This document shows positions 24,046-32,934 of a stretch of DNA of 35,570 nt, one piece after another. A program made the position numbers and the translations under genes. The stretch spans positions 1-35,570 of the IMG/VR virus record IMGVR_UViG_3300023261_000005; one strand, written 5' to 3'. The notes under the pieces were generated by a model that did no database searches, was not told the DNA's origin, and saw nothing but the letters and a program-made list of their open reading frames with translations. Within the stretch, counting starts at the first letter, position 1. Each line of letters starts with the position of its first letter. Source of the stretch: a virus. Taxonomy: Duplodnaviria > Caudoviricetes.

Positions 24046-25701
24046 TCACGGGATGATGCAGGAGAGCTCGTTGGCCCCCGTGATGCCCTTGAGGCACGAG
24101 ATGTCGATCGACACCTTGCGGCCAGAGCCGCAACGGTTGATCAGCACGCCCGCCTCCTCGAAGAACACTGCGGTGTACATGTTGACCGCGAGGCCCGCGG
24201 AGTCGTACACAGTGTCGAGGTTGATCACGTCGTTGTTGCCCCAGACGTACGTGCCGGCGGGGTAGACGAGAGCCTCGATCGTGGTCGGCCATGCGGTGCC
24301 CGTGGTGGCCAGCGGCTGGTAGCCGTTGATCCACTGCGGGGCCAGGTGGCGGGCCGTGAACGCCTGCTGGATCTGCGCGTCCGTGTAGGCGAGCAGAGCC
24401 TGGCCGGAGCGGCGGGCGAGGTCGGCGCGGAAGATCTCCTTGGCCCAGATCGGGAGCACCACTTCGATCGTCTCGGTCGGCGAGAGGAACTGCTCCTGAC
24501 GGATGACCGCCGCCTGCAGCGAGAGAGCGTCGAGGATGTCGGCCGAGACGCCACCGAGTTCCACGAAGTTCGTCGCGGCACCGATCGCCGTCGAGACCCG
24601 CTGCAGCTGGATCGCCGACATCTTGTACTGCCAGCCGATGGTCGACAGGCTCAAGAACCGGCGAATGAGTTCGGGCCAGCCCGCCGGGGAGGCGGTCAGG
24701 ATCGGCGCCTTGAAGCAGTAGCCGAAGGCGTCGAGGCGGTGGTCCTCGAACGGGGGGCACTCGAACTCGAAGCAGACCTTGGGGGTGCCGGCCTCAGCCT
24801 GCGCCTCCGTCTGGACGAATCCGAAGTTCGGGTCGGCGAGCAGGTCGCCCAGCTGCGGACCCTTCGAGAAGTTCAGGCCACCGTGGGTGATCGTGATCTC
24901 CGGGAGGGAGAACAGCCCCTCGGCCGTCTCGTTCTCGCAGAAGTCGTAGACCGTGTCGGACGGGGCGCACCAGGCACCGGACGCCATGAGCGTCTGCAGC
25001 CGCTGGCCCTTGGCCGCCTGCTCGACGATCGCCAGCTGCTCGGACGAGGACATCTTGCCGCTGACCGTGAAGTCGCTCTCGGGGCGGTTGATCTTGGCGA
25101 CGCCGTAGCGCTCCATCTTGGCCGCATCGCTGCGTCCGACGAACATGCGCGAGCGCGCCATGAATGCCTTGACCAGGTCATCCATGCCTTCGAGCTTGGC
25201 GCCGGCCGAGAAGTCGGGGACGTTCGCCGAGGCGATCAGCGTGCCACCCGTCTTGCGGACAGGAAGGTCGGGCGGGGGCGTCTTGCTCGCCGCACGGCGG
25301 ACGACAGGACGCTTGGCGGATGCGGTCACGAGCTCCTTCTCCTCCGCGACCTCGTCCGCGACCTCGGGCTCCTCGTCGGGCTCGTCGCCCTCCTCGTCCC
25401 CCGCATCCTCGTCGTCGTCGCCATCGGGGTCTTCGGCGGAGGTCGAGCCCTCCGCCACCTTGCTGCGGGCCGCAGCGAGTCGGTTGGCGCGGTCAGTGGC
25501 CGCGGCCTCGAGCGCGTTGCGTGCCTCGACGATCGTGTCGAGATTGCCGTTCAGCGCTTCGAGCTCGTCGATCTGCGCGTCCGTGATCTCGTCATCGGCG
25601 ATGCCGGCGAGCTCCTGGGATTCGGCGTGACCTTCAAGGTAGAGCTTGTCGAGTTCAGCGATCGAGAGGCCCTCAAGGCTCTCGGGCATTGAGAAACGCA
25701 T
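24046..25701 (-). CDS. major capsid (hexamer) protein with N-terminal coiled-coil/acidic scaffold region
   Basis: ASGAWCAPSDTVYDFC, LPEITI.HGG, KVC....CP.F...RLD, WPEL, INLD.VYDS..L..N.Y..F.EE motifs; start re-called at 25701 after GGAGG. Confidence 0.9.
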   Translation of the reverse strand: MRFSMPESLEGLSIAELDKLYLEGHAESQELAGIADDEITDAQIDELEALNGNLDTIVEARNALEAAATDRANRLAAARSKVAEGSTSAEDPDGDDDEDAGDEEGDEPDEEPEVADEVAEEKELVTASAKRPVVRRAASKTPPPDLPVRKTGGTLIASANVPDFSAGAKLEGMDDLVKAFMARSRMFVGRSDAAKMERYGVAKINRPESDFTVSGKMSSSEQLAIVEQAAKGQRLQTLMASGAWCAPSDTVYDFCENETAEGLFSLPEITITHGGLNFSKGPQLGDLLADPNFGFVQTEAQAEAGTPKVCFEFECPPFEDHRLDAFGYCFKAPILTASPAGWPELIRRFLSLSTIGWQYKMSAIQLQRVSTAIGAATNFVELGGVSADILDALSLQAAVIRQEQFLSPTETIEVVLPIWAKEIFRADLARRSGQALLAYTDAQIQQAFTARHLAPQWINGYQPLATTGTAWPTTIEALVYPAGTYVWGNNDVINLDTVYDSAGLAVNMYTAVFFEEAGVLINRCGSGRKVSIDISCLKGITGANELSCIIP

Positions 25702-25728
25702 GGGATTCCTCCGGGCGGTAGGGGTCGG

Positions 25729-25843
25729 CGTAGGCGACCCGGTTTCAGAAACGGGTTCACCTCGCACCTACGGCACAGAGGGGTGTTGCTCTGGCACGAG
25801 AATAGGCCCGCTGCGCGGCCGAGCGCAAGCGGACCTATCCTCG
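25729..25843 (-). promoter_or_regulatory. structured 5' leader of the capsid gene (three hairpins)
   Basis: Stems at 25797-25843, 25773-25795 and 25729-25772; two mismatches in the long stem become G-U pairs only on the minus (sense) strand. Confidence 0.45.
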
Positions 25844-25856
25844 GGATCCTGAATGA

Positions 25857-26009
25857 TCAGGCGGCTCGATAGCTTCCATGCAGTCGTCGGGCCGCCGCAG
25901 CAGCCTCAACTTCCGTCTTGTAGGTCTTCTTCGTGCCGTCCTGCGCGGTGACGGTGTAGCTCTTGGGCGCGCTGGTCGCGCCCTTGTTTCCCTGGCAGCT
26001 GCAGGCGAT
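25857..26009 (-). CDS. small head-region protein (50 aa, xACSCQGNK...YTVTAQDGTKKTYKTEVEAAAAARRLHGSYRAA) with ATC at the start position
   Basis: Strong SD AGAAGGAGGG 7 nt upstream of ATC; resembles the MACxC small proteins found between protease and capsid in actinophages; absent from ORF track. Confidence 0.75.
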   Translation of the reverse strand: MACSCQGNKGATSAPKSYTVTAQDGTKKTYKTEVEAAAAARRLHGSYRAA

Positions 26010-26012
26010 GAG

Positions 26013-28667
26013 TCAGCCCTCCTTCTGGACTTGCGCCCGTGCCGCCGCCAGGCGACGCTGACGCACCTTCGCTCGCGCCGGTTCGGCGCGAGCAGCGATC
26101 TTCTCCCGGTGACGGTACTCGTCCACCGCTGTGCGGACGAGGCCAGCGACGAACTCCGGGTCCATCCCTATGTTCACCGCGAACGTCTCCACCGGCTCCG
26201 GCTTGAGTGCTCCGGCGCCGATCATCACCGTCTGCCGACCGGCGGATGCCGCCAGCTGACGCACCGGGAGGCCCGGGGTGTTCACGACGGGGACGCCGAT
26301 GAGTTCGAGGTTGCCGCGCACTTCACGCCAGTCACCCGAGACTGCACCGATCGCACGCATCTTGGTGATGTCCTCGTCGGTCACGTCCGGCGGGATGATG
26401 CCGGAGAACCAGACGCCGTAAGCGTTCTCGCCGACGTTCACGAATGCGCGGACAGCATCCGGCTTGTCGTAGAACGCCGACGCTGCGGCCATGCTCATGC
26501 GCTCCGAGGCATGTCCGCCCCAGCTGAGGCAACCGACGAACTGCTCGCCCTCGGTGGTGTCGATCACGCCCTTCTTGAAGTAGCCGTAGTCGGTCGTCGA
26601 CGTCGGCACCTCCTGGCAGAACCCCGTGATCCCGACGTGGCAGACGCCCCACTCGCTGACGTAGCCGTGGATGCGGCGCGTCTCGCGGTCGATCTTCATC
26701 GGGTAGGCGCGGTCGAGTGTCGGCTCGGAGAAGTATTCGGCCGGATAGACCTTGTGCTCCGGCTGGACCAGTCGCGCGACCGGTGCGCCGGCAGCCGCGA
26801 TGACGGATGCGCTAATCTTGCCGCGGTGCTGTGCCGGCCAGAAGCCGAGTGCCTCCTTATGGAGGTTGGCACAGGCGCCCGCCAGCCAGTCAGGGTTGGC
26901 AATGTACTTCGCCAGCTGCGTCCTGCAGCGATTGAAGTCTCCTGGCTGCCCCCACCGGATCTTCGAGGCACCAGCACCCTTGGTCCAGTAGTTGCGGAGC
27001 CGCTGGGTGGGCACCGGATGGGTGATCCACCCGGGAGCGTCCCTGGTGCCGGGGGCGAATGCCTCGCCCTTGGCCGATGCCCGGAACAGGCCGGGGATCT
27101 CGGCCAGGAACTCGGCCTGCTCCTCGGCAGTCAGGTCACCGGGCCACGGCTTGAGCGACCAGTCCTCGGGGAGCTCGATGTCCGGGCAGTCGAGCGCGGC
27201 GGCACGCTTACGGATGTGCGCCTTGGTCGCCTCGGGATCGCTGGCCCGACCGATGGCCTGGATCGCGTTGGCGAGATCCTCGCAGTTCTCGATGGGGTAG
27301 CTGCCGTCCGGCATGGCGTTACCCTGCTCGGCCTGCTTCTCGCGCTCCTCAGGTGGGAACTCGCGGTACTCGCCGGTCGCGCATCCGCACGCCTGCAGCG
27401 CCGCGGCCTGCGCAGCAAGCTGCTCCTCGCTGAGATCCTCCTGGAACTCATGACCGAGCGCGGTGTACGCCTCCTGGAACGCGGGGATGGGAACGATCGT
27501 CGCACCTGCGACGCGCATCTTCGAGAACACCGTCTCGCCCGGGTTCATCATGTCGAGGATGGCGTCCATGACATCGTCGCCCTCGCCGGTGGGCTCCTCG
27601 GGAATCTCGATCTCGGCGTCGTCCCCGTCGATCGAGATGCCACGGATGGTTCCGTCGACCAGACCGTCGATGACCTCCTGCGCGAACGGCTTGGTCAGTA
27701 CGACCGCACCACGGAACCGCCAAGAGTCGGTGGCCTCATCGCGCCACGCCTCGTCGATCCGGCCGACCGTGACGACATCGCTGGTCTGCCCGCCGTGCGT
27801 GCCGACCGTCTCGTAGCGGAGCGGGAGCGGCAGCGGTCGGGTGGACAGTGCACCGAGCGCGAACTTGCGACCGTCGCCCGTGCTCACGCCTTCCGGTGCG
27901 AGCACGCCGTGGACGGGAATCTCGGTGATGAGCTCCTCGCCGTCCTCCGGCTCGTCGATGTCCGGCAGTTCGGCCTCGTCGGCGGGCTCGACGGCGATGT
28001 CCGTCTCGTCCACGACGGCGGCTGCCCTCACAATGTCGTAGCCCTCGACAACGTCAGGATTGTCGTCGATCTCGTCGTCAGGACCGATCGCATACGTCGT
28101 GCTGCTCATGGCTTCTCCATCCCTGCCTGCCGGCTGTGCCAAGCACCGGCATTGGATCCAAATCTCGGGGTCTCCGACCGGTTCCCCGGGGTGGCGCAGC
28201 TTCTCACCGCTCACACTGAATGTCCCACCAATGGGAACGATCTGTCCATCGGTGGCGACGTGAATCTCACGCACCGAATCGTCGTGCATGGTCACCCAGC
28301 GCTTGAAACGGACCCCCCGAGAGAAAGCGCCGGCCACTGTTGCCGAGTTGACCGCGTATCCGCTCAGCCAGTACGTGATCCGGTTAACCTGGGCCTCTTC
28401 GACATCCATTCCGGGGTCGGATGTCTTCGCCAGGCTCGCCCGGAGGCTCTTGCGGAAGCGTGCGAGCGCTACCCCGCGATTTCCGTCGTCGGATTCCTCG
28501 TCGAACACCTGCAGCCACAACTGGGAGGCCGCCATGACGAGATCCTCGTCCCAGTCGGGGTCCCCAGCGAGCAAACGGTGCAGCGCGTCATCGACATAGG
28601 GCTCGAGAGCCTCATCGGCGCTCTCGAGGAGTGATTTCCGAGCGGCAGCGAAGGAAATCGGGTCCAT
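26013..28667 (-). CDS. MuF-like minor head protein / capsid maturation protease fusion (884 aa)
   Basis: KRWVTMHD..VR..H...DGQ.VP....F...LRHPG.P......IQCRC (MuF); GVLAPEG..TGDGR.F...LPL...H...VGRID (protease); additional PDGSYPI, YW..G.G..KIRWG.PGDF.RC and SGDWR domains. Confidence 0.88.
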   Translation of the reverse strand: MDPISFAAARKSLLESADEALEPYVDDALHRLLAGDPDWDEDLVMAASQLWLQVFDEESDDGNRGVALARFRKSLRASLAKTSDPGMDVEEAQVNRITYWLSGYAVNSATVAGAFSRGVRFKRWVTMHDDSVREIHVATDGQIVPIGGTFSVSGEKLRHPGEPVGDPEIWIQCRCLAQPAGRDGEAMSSTTYAIGPDDEIDDNPDVVEGYDIVRAAAVVDETDIAVEPADEAELPDIDEPEDGEELITEIPVHGVLAPEGVSTGDGRKFALGALSTRPLPLPLRYETVGTHGGQTSDVVTVGRIDEAWRDEATDSWRFRGAVVLTKPFAQEVIDGLVDGTIRGISIDGDDAEIEIPEEPTGEGDDVMDAILDMMNPGETVFSKMRVAGATIVPIPAFQEAYTALGHEFQEDLSEEQLAAQAAALQACGCATGEYREFPPEEREKQAEQGNAMPDGSYPIENCEDLANAIQAIGRASDPEATKAHIRKRAAALDCPDIELPEDWSLKPWPGDLTAEEQAEFLAEIPGLFRASAKGEAFAPGTRDAPGWITHPVPTQRLRNYWTKGAGASKIRWGQPGDFNRCRTQLAKYIANPDWLAGACANLHKEALGFWPAQHRGKISASVIAAAGAPVARLVQPEHKVYPAEYFSEPTLDRAYPMKIDRETRRIHGYVSEWGVCHVGITGFCQEVPTSTTDYGYFKKGVIDTTEGEQFVGCLSWGGHASERMSMAAASAFYDKPDAVRAFVNVGENAYGVWFSGIIPPDVTDEDITKMRAIGAVSGDWREVRGNLELIGVPVVNTPGLPVRQLAASAGRQTVMIGAGALKPEPVETFAVNIGMDPEFVAGLVRTAVDEYRHREKIAARAEPARAKVRQRRLAAARAQVQKEG

Positions 28668-30493
28668 CAGATGCTCGCGGGGTGCTCAAGTCGCATCAGG
28701 GCGAGGTGTTCGCGCAGAAGTTCGCGATCCGGGGGCTTCCGGAGGGTCATGATGGTCCGGGTGTAGCTGTCCAGGGTCCGAACGAGCGTGTCAGTGTCGC
28801 TCGGCAGCCCGAAATCGTCCACACAGGTCCATGCGTCCTCGAGAACGGCCGCGATCTCCGCTTCGGAGAGCGCGGGGAGGCGCATGTAGAGCTTCGCCGC
28901 GGTCGTCTTAGCCGGAATGTGCCCGTTGACCCGGTTCTTCAGTCGGTTGCCGGCCCTTTCGAGCGCCCGGAAGACCAGAATCTCGCTACCCGCAACCAGT
29001 TCCTCCGGGACTTCGCCGTCGGAGGGGGGTCCAGTAACCGGGTGCAGGCGTTTGGTCGGCGTCGGCCTCTGCTCATGAGTCTCCTCGGCGGGCTCGGCAG
29101 GCGCGGTGACGGGCACGCCGAGGAGAGTGAGACCCTGGGCGACAAGCTCAGGGGTGGTCTGGCCTTCAGCGAGCTTCACGGTGAGCCATTCGGTGCGCTC
29201 GACGTCGCCCATGACGTCGGTCTCGTCGAATCCGTTCTCCCGGACCACGGCTTCCTTACTCAGGACGCCACGGTCGTAGAGCTCCATCGCCTCTTTCGAC
29301 CGGTTCGGCCGCAGACGCAGGTCCGCGGTGTCCGCAGCGATCGAGAAGCCCTTCACTTCCTCCGGGTCCATCTCGAGTGACTCGAGCACGGGGCGCAGAT
29401 AGCCGACGGTCAGGCTGGAAGTGATGACTTTGAGCAGGGGCTCCGAGTGTGACTTGATCGCCGCTTCGTCGATCGCCCACTGGCCCCAGTGGTTGACGTC
29501 AGCAGTGCCGGAGAGGATCTCGGGCGGCATGTCCATGCCGAGGCCGAGGCGACGGATCGCCTCCTGGCGTAGCTCGATGGCGTGCTGGTCGAGGTCGGTC
29601 CAGAACTTGAGGAACTGCACCTTGTCGATGTATTCGCCATCGACCTGAGTGACGATCGGCACCTTCGCGCTCGCGTCGCTCGGGTCGTCGATCGCGATGG
29701 ACGCGATCTCCACGAGAAGGTCGGCGAATGCCTGCGCGGGGTTCGCGACCTGCGAGGCAACCGGCGCAACGTCCGGGTCTTCGGCGTTCATCTTGCGCGA
29801 CGGCAGCGTCGGGAACGAGAACTGGCTGGGGAGGATGAGCAGGCCCGCTGAGGTCAGTCGGGATTCCAGCTGCGCGGCGACGTGCATCGTGAGCCGCTCG
29901 ATCTCGGAGAGGATCGGCAGCACTGCCCGCGAGGGGCTCGTGGAGACCTTCGGCTTGCGCGGATGCGGACGCCAGATCCGGATCACCATCGAGTCGGCGG
30001 TGTCGGCCTCGATCTTGTCGCTGCCGGTGCCGATCGAGAAGGTGGTGCCGCCCTTGCGCGTGATCTCCGTCGCGGCGATCACGAACCAGTCGTCTTCCCC
30101 GTCAGCATCCAGACCGACGATGAACGCTTCGCCTGCGACGGTGAACTGGATGCCCAGCATTCGGAGCATCTCGGCTTGGCCTTCTGGCCCTCCGAACAAT
30201 GCCGCCATCGCCTCGATGACACGCTCGTCTTTACTCGGCTCGCCATCCGGCCCGGTGACATAGAGCGTGGCCTTGCTGAGCAGGTTGCCTACCCAATCGA
30301 CGCCGTAGCGATACTCGCCGATGGAGTCGTAGAAGTCCCACGCGGCGTTCTGCCACTCTTCCCCCGCGGAGCGTCCACCCTTGCCGCTCCAATTGCGGTT
30401 GGCTTTGCCGATCGTGAAGTTCCTTGCGGCAGCGACGAACCCTGTCGCGGGGACTGCAAGGACTTCAGATCGAAACGGCGTCCCCCGTGGCAT
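28667..30493 (-). CDS. portal protein
   Basis: WQ..AW.FYD.IGE.RY...W, IRIWRPHP...SP.RA, SRL..AG.L, LR.EAIRRL..G.D.PPE.L.G....NHW..W motifs; synteny. Confidence 0.93.
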   Translation of the reverse strand: MPRGTPFRSEVLAVPATGFVAAARNFTIGKANRNWSGKGGRSAGEEWQNAAWDFYDSIGEYRYGVDWVGNLLSKATLYVTGPDGEPSKDERVIEAMAALFGGPEGQAEMLRMLGIQFTVAGEAFIVGLDADGEDDWFVIAATEITRKGGTTFSIGTGSDKIEADTADSMVIRIWRPHPRKPKVSTSPSRAVLPILSEIERLTMHVAAQLESRLTSAGLLILPSQFSFPTLPSRKMNAEDPDVAPVASQVANPAQAFADLLVEIASIAIDDPSDASAKVPIVTQVDGEYIDKVQFLKFWTDLDQHAIELRQEAIRRLGLGMDMPPEILSGTADVNHWGQWAIDEAAIKSHSEPLLKVITSSLTVGYLRPVLESLEMDPEEVKGFSIAADTADLRLRPNRSKEAMELYDRGVLSKEAVVRENGFDETDVMGDVERTEWLTVKLAEGQTTPELVAQGLTLLGVPVTAPAEPAEETHEQRPTPTKRLHPVTGPPSDGEVPEELVAGSEILVFRALERAGNRLKNRVNGHIPAKTTAAKLYMRLPALSEAEIAAVLEDAWTCVDDFGLPSDTDTLVRTLDSYTRTIMTLRKPPDRELLREHLALMRLEHPASI

Positions 30494-30508
30494 TGGGCCC
30501 CCTCGGCG

Positions 30509-30545
30509 CTCAGGTGGGCGTGCGCTCTCGGCGCACGCCTCTGAG
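30509..30545. other. stem-loop in the portal 5' leader
   Basis: CTCAG..GGCGTGCGC-TCTCG-GCGCACGCC..CTGAG inverted repeat; no U-tract. Confidence 0.5.
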
Positions 30546-30566
30546 GCTGGATCTTAGCGCGCGGCG

Positions 30567-30595
30567 AGCCTATTCGCCTGGGGCGACATCGTCGA
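30567..30595 (-). promoter_or_regulatory. putative promoter TCGACG-N17-TAGGCT upstream of portal
   Basis: Intergenic; TANNNT -10; a second -10-like TAAGAT at 30551-30556. Confidence 0.45.
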
Positions 30596-30609
30596 ACGTG
30601 ATCGCGAGG

Positions 30610-30966
30610 CTACTCCGAGTCCCTGCCCTCGTCGAAGTACACGTACTGGCTGGTCCAGTAGCTCAGCGTGAGCCAGCCCCAGAACAGCCACCATGCAAGC
30701 GCGGCCCACCACAGGATCATGCCGAGCATGAACCAGCCGAGGCAGATCAGTGTGATCCACGGTCCCATGCACCAAGGGCAGTGCACCAACTTGGCCCACG
30801 GGCCATCCTTTGTGACGCCGTCCCACCAGATCCGGATCGCGATGGCCGGCGGGTAGTCGTCGTGCGTGATGACCCGCGTCAGGCGTGCGCTCCCGACGAC
30901 GCCGACGATGACCGCCAGGATCGCCGCCCACCAGGCGATCTCGTAGTCCGATCCGATCTCGATCAT
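30610..30966 (-). CDS. membrane protein, DUF1360-like
   Basis: TM segments with RLTR.I..D and L..CPWC...W signature; ATGA-coupled start at 30966. Confidence 0.8.
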   Translation of the reverse strand: MIEIGSDYEIAWWAAILAVIVGVVGSARLTRVITHDDYPPAIAIRIWWDGVTKDGPWAKLVHCPWCMGPWITLICLGWFMLGMILWWAALAWWLFWGWLTLSYWTSQYVYFDEGRDSE

Positions 30967-31220
30967 TTCTTCGACCTCTCTCCGGTGTAGGTGAACACCC
31001 AGCACCCGGAGTATGCCCGGCGCTGCGTCTTCACATAGGCATACTCATGCGACTGCAGCGTCGCGAACTCGAAGAGTTCAGGACGCTCGTATGTGGCGAT
31101 GAACTCAGGCGCACTCATCGGTGCTTGGTGGACCACCCAGATGTGGGTGTGTTCGGGGACTGTCGCTCGAGAACCGTCGGCAGGACCGCCGACAAGCTCG
31201 ATCTCCATCGTCTCGGTCAT
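30963..31220 (-). CDS. hypothetical protein (LVGGPADG motif)
   Basis: ATGA overlaps at both ends; GGPxDG is a common small phage protein motif. Confidence 0.75.
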   Translation of the reverse strand: MTETMEIELVGGPADGSRATVPEHTHIWVVHQAPMSAPEFIATYERPELFEFATLQSHEYAYVKTQRRAYSGCWVFTYTGERSKK

Positions 31221-32593
31221 CGCCGGAGCCACTTCTTCGGGTTCGGCCCACCGACCTTGCCGCGAGGGATGCCGGTGCTCGTCGACCCGCCACCTCTCAG
31301 CAGAAGCTCGGTGAGTACCCAGACCAGTGCATCCACGCGGTTCGGCGATGGATCATTCGAGTCCGGCACCCAGGTGGTCATTTCATCCTCGAGATCACCG
31401 AGTCCTGGGAAGTGCTTCACCAGGTGCTGCTCGTACTTGTTCACGATCGGTTCGGCGCGGACCTTCTTGCCGCGCGTCGCGGTGACCTCGATGATGCGGC
31501 CGGTGAAGCCGGCCGCCTTCAGGTTCGACTTCACCATGTCGCCGCCGTAGTTGCGCTCGACGGTGATGGCGTCAGCGCTGTACTTCTCGTAGAGCGCGAT
31601 CGCTCGTCGCGCCCACCCCTCCGGCGTGTACGTGTCGGTGGCGTCCTCGATCGCGTAGCCGACACCCGCCGCGATGCCGCCGACGACGATGCCAGTGTCG
31701 TCCGAGGTGCGCTTCACCGATCCGGCCGGGTCGATGCCGACCACGATCCGGTCCATGTCCTCGATCGGGATGGTGGCGTATTCGAGCATCGACATCGCCC
31801 ACAGTGCGCCCTCAACGTCTTCGAGGATCTCGCCGTGAAGCTCCTGCCGGCCGAGCCGGGTGCCCTCGTAGCGGGAGAGGATCACCTGCGCGGTGGACGG
31901 CGCGAGGTTCTTCAGGTTCGCGTAGGTGGACACGCGCGCGAGGCGCGTGGATGACTCGGCGATCCGCGCCTTCATCCACTTCGTGGGCAGCGGCGTCGTG
32001 GTGAGCAGGATGTGCGGGCGCCGCCCCTTCCGGAGCCCGAGCAGCGCCATGTCCCAGACCTCCTGGATCTTCGGGAAGTGCGCGGGCTCGTCGAACCAGA
32101 TGAAGCCATGCTGAGGACCGCGCAGCCGGTCGGGCTCCTCGGCGCTGAACACGCGCGCGATCGCTCCGTTCGGCAGGGTGATGCGGCGCTTCGTCGGCTC
32201 GTACCGGACCTTCTCGCCGTAGCGCTCGAAGACGCGGATGATGCCGGAGTCGGGGTCTTCGATCATGACGTCGCGGACGGCTGTCGCGGTCTGTCCGATC
32301 AGGGTGATCTGCGGGATCTGCTTGCTGGCCTGCCGGGTGTACTCCGAGCCAGTGCGGGTCTTGCCGGATCCTCGGCCACCCATTTCGATCCAGGTGAACC
32401 AGTCGGTTCCCGGCGGCGGCCACTGGTCGGCGCGTGCGTGCTGCCAGGGGAAGCCCTCATGCGGATCCCCGTCGCACACGCGCCCGCGCGTGCAGTAGAA
32501 CGCCTCGAGGTGCATCGCCTCGCGCGCCTTGTACCGCTTCAGCACTTCCGCGCGCGCCGCAGGCGCGAGCGAGGACAGGTCAGGGATGCTCAT
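31217..32593 (-). CDS. terL: terminase large subunit
   Basis: Walker A GGRGSGKT, LRGPQ, Walker B FIWFDE, TTTP, nuclease VVGIDPA...DDTG...VE.N.GG...SPNRVDA. Confidence 0.96.
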   Translation of the reverse strand: MSIPDLSSLAPAARAEVLKRYKAREAMHLEAFYCTRGRVCDGDPHEGFPWQHARADQWPPPGTDWFTWIEMGGRGSGKTRTGSEYTRQASKQIPQITLIGQTATAVRDVMIEDPDSGIIRVFERYGEKVRYEPTKRRITLPNGAIARVFSAEEPDRLRGPQHGFIWFDEPAHFPKIQEVWDMALLGLRKGRRPHILLTTTPLPTKWMKARIAESSTRLARVSTYANLKNLAPSTAQVILSRYEGTRLGRQELHGEILEDVEGALWAMSMLEYATIPIEDMDRIVVGIDPAGSVKRTSDDTGIVVGGIAAGVGYAIEDATDTYTPEGWARRAIALYEKYSADAITVERNYGGDMVKSNLKAAGFTGRIIEVTATRGKKVRAEPIVNKYEQHLVKHFPGLGDLEDEMTTWVPDSNDPSPNRVDALVWVLTELLLRGGGSTSTGIPRGKVGGPNPKKWLRR

Positions 32594-32934
32594 GACTCGT
32601 ACTCCGAGAGCTCTTCGATGATCCAGGGGCCGAACCCGGCTCCGGCCAGATACTGGCGCTGACGGAACAGCCCGGTCTGGTCGAAGTGCGTGACGAACGG
32701 CTCGTCGGCCATCACGTAGGACCAGGGCAGCATCAGGTCGTGCGCGGCGAACGCGACGACCGCGCGACGTGCGTATGACTGCATCGCCAGGTCACGGTAC
32801 TTCGCCGCAGCGAACAGCAGCTTGCGCTGGGGCGGCGTGGTGTAGATCGTGACCTGGTCGTAGCGCGAGTTCGACGCGGCGGCCTTGCGGCGGACCTCGC
32901 TGTCGAGGATGTCCCAGTCGGGCAGGTCAGCCAT
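32590..32934 (-). CDS. hypothetical protein, possible ribbon-helix-helix DNA-binding domain
   Basis: Start re-called at 32934; VTIYTT...RKLLFAAA...LAMQSYARRAV strand-helix-helix pattern. Confidence 0.6.
   Translation of the reverse strand: MADLPDWDILDSEVRRKAAASNSRYDQVTIYTTPPQRKLLFAAAKYRDLAMQSYARRAVVAFAAHDLMLPWSYVMADEPFVTHFDQTGLFRQRQYLAGAGFGPWIIEELSEYES

Noticed and set aside
25878-28634. 918-aa plus-strand ORF
   Set aside because: Antisense shadow of the protease gene caused by high-GC codon bias; Arg/Gly-rich, no motifs.
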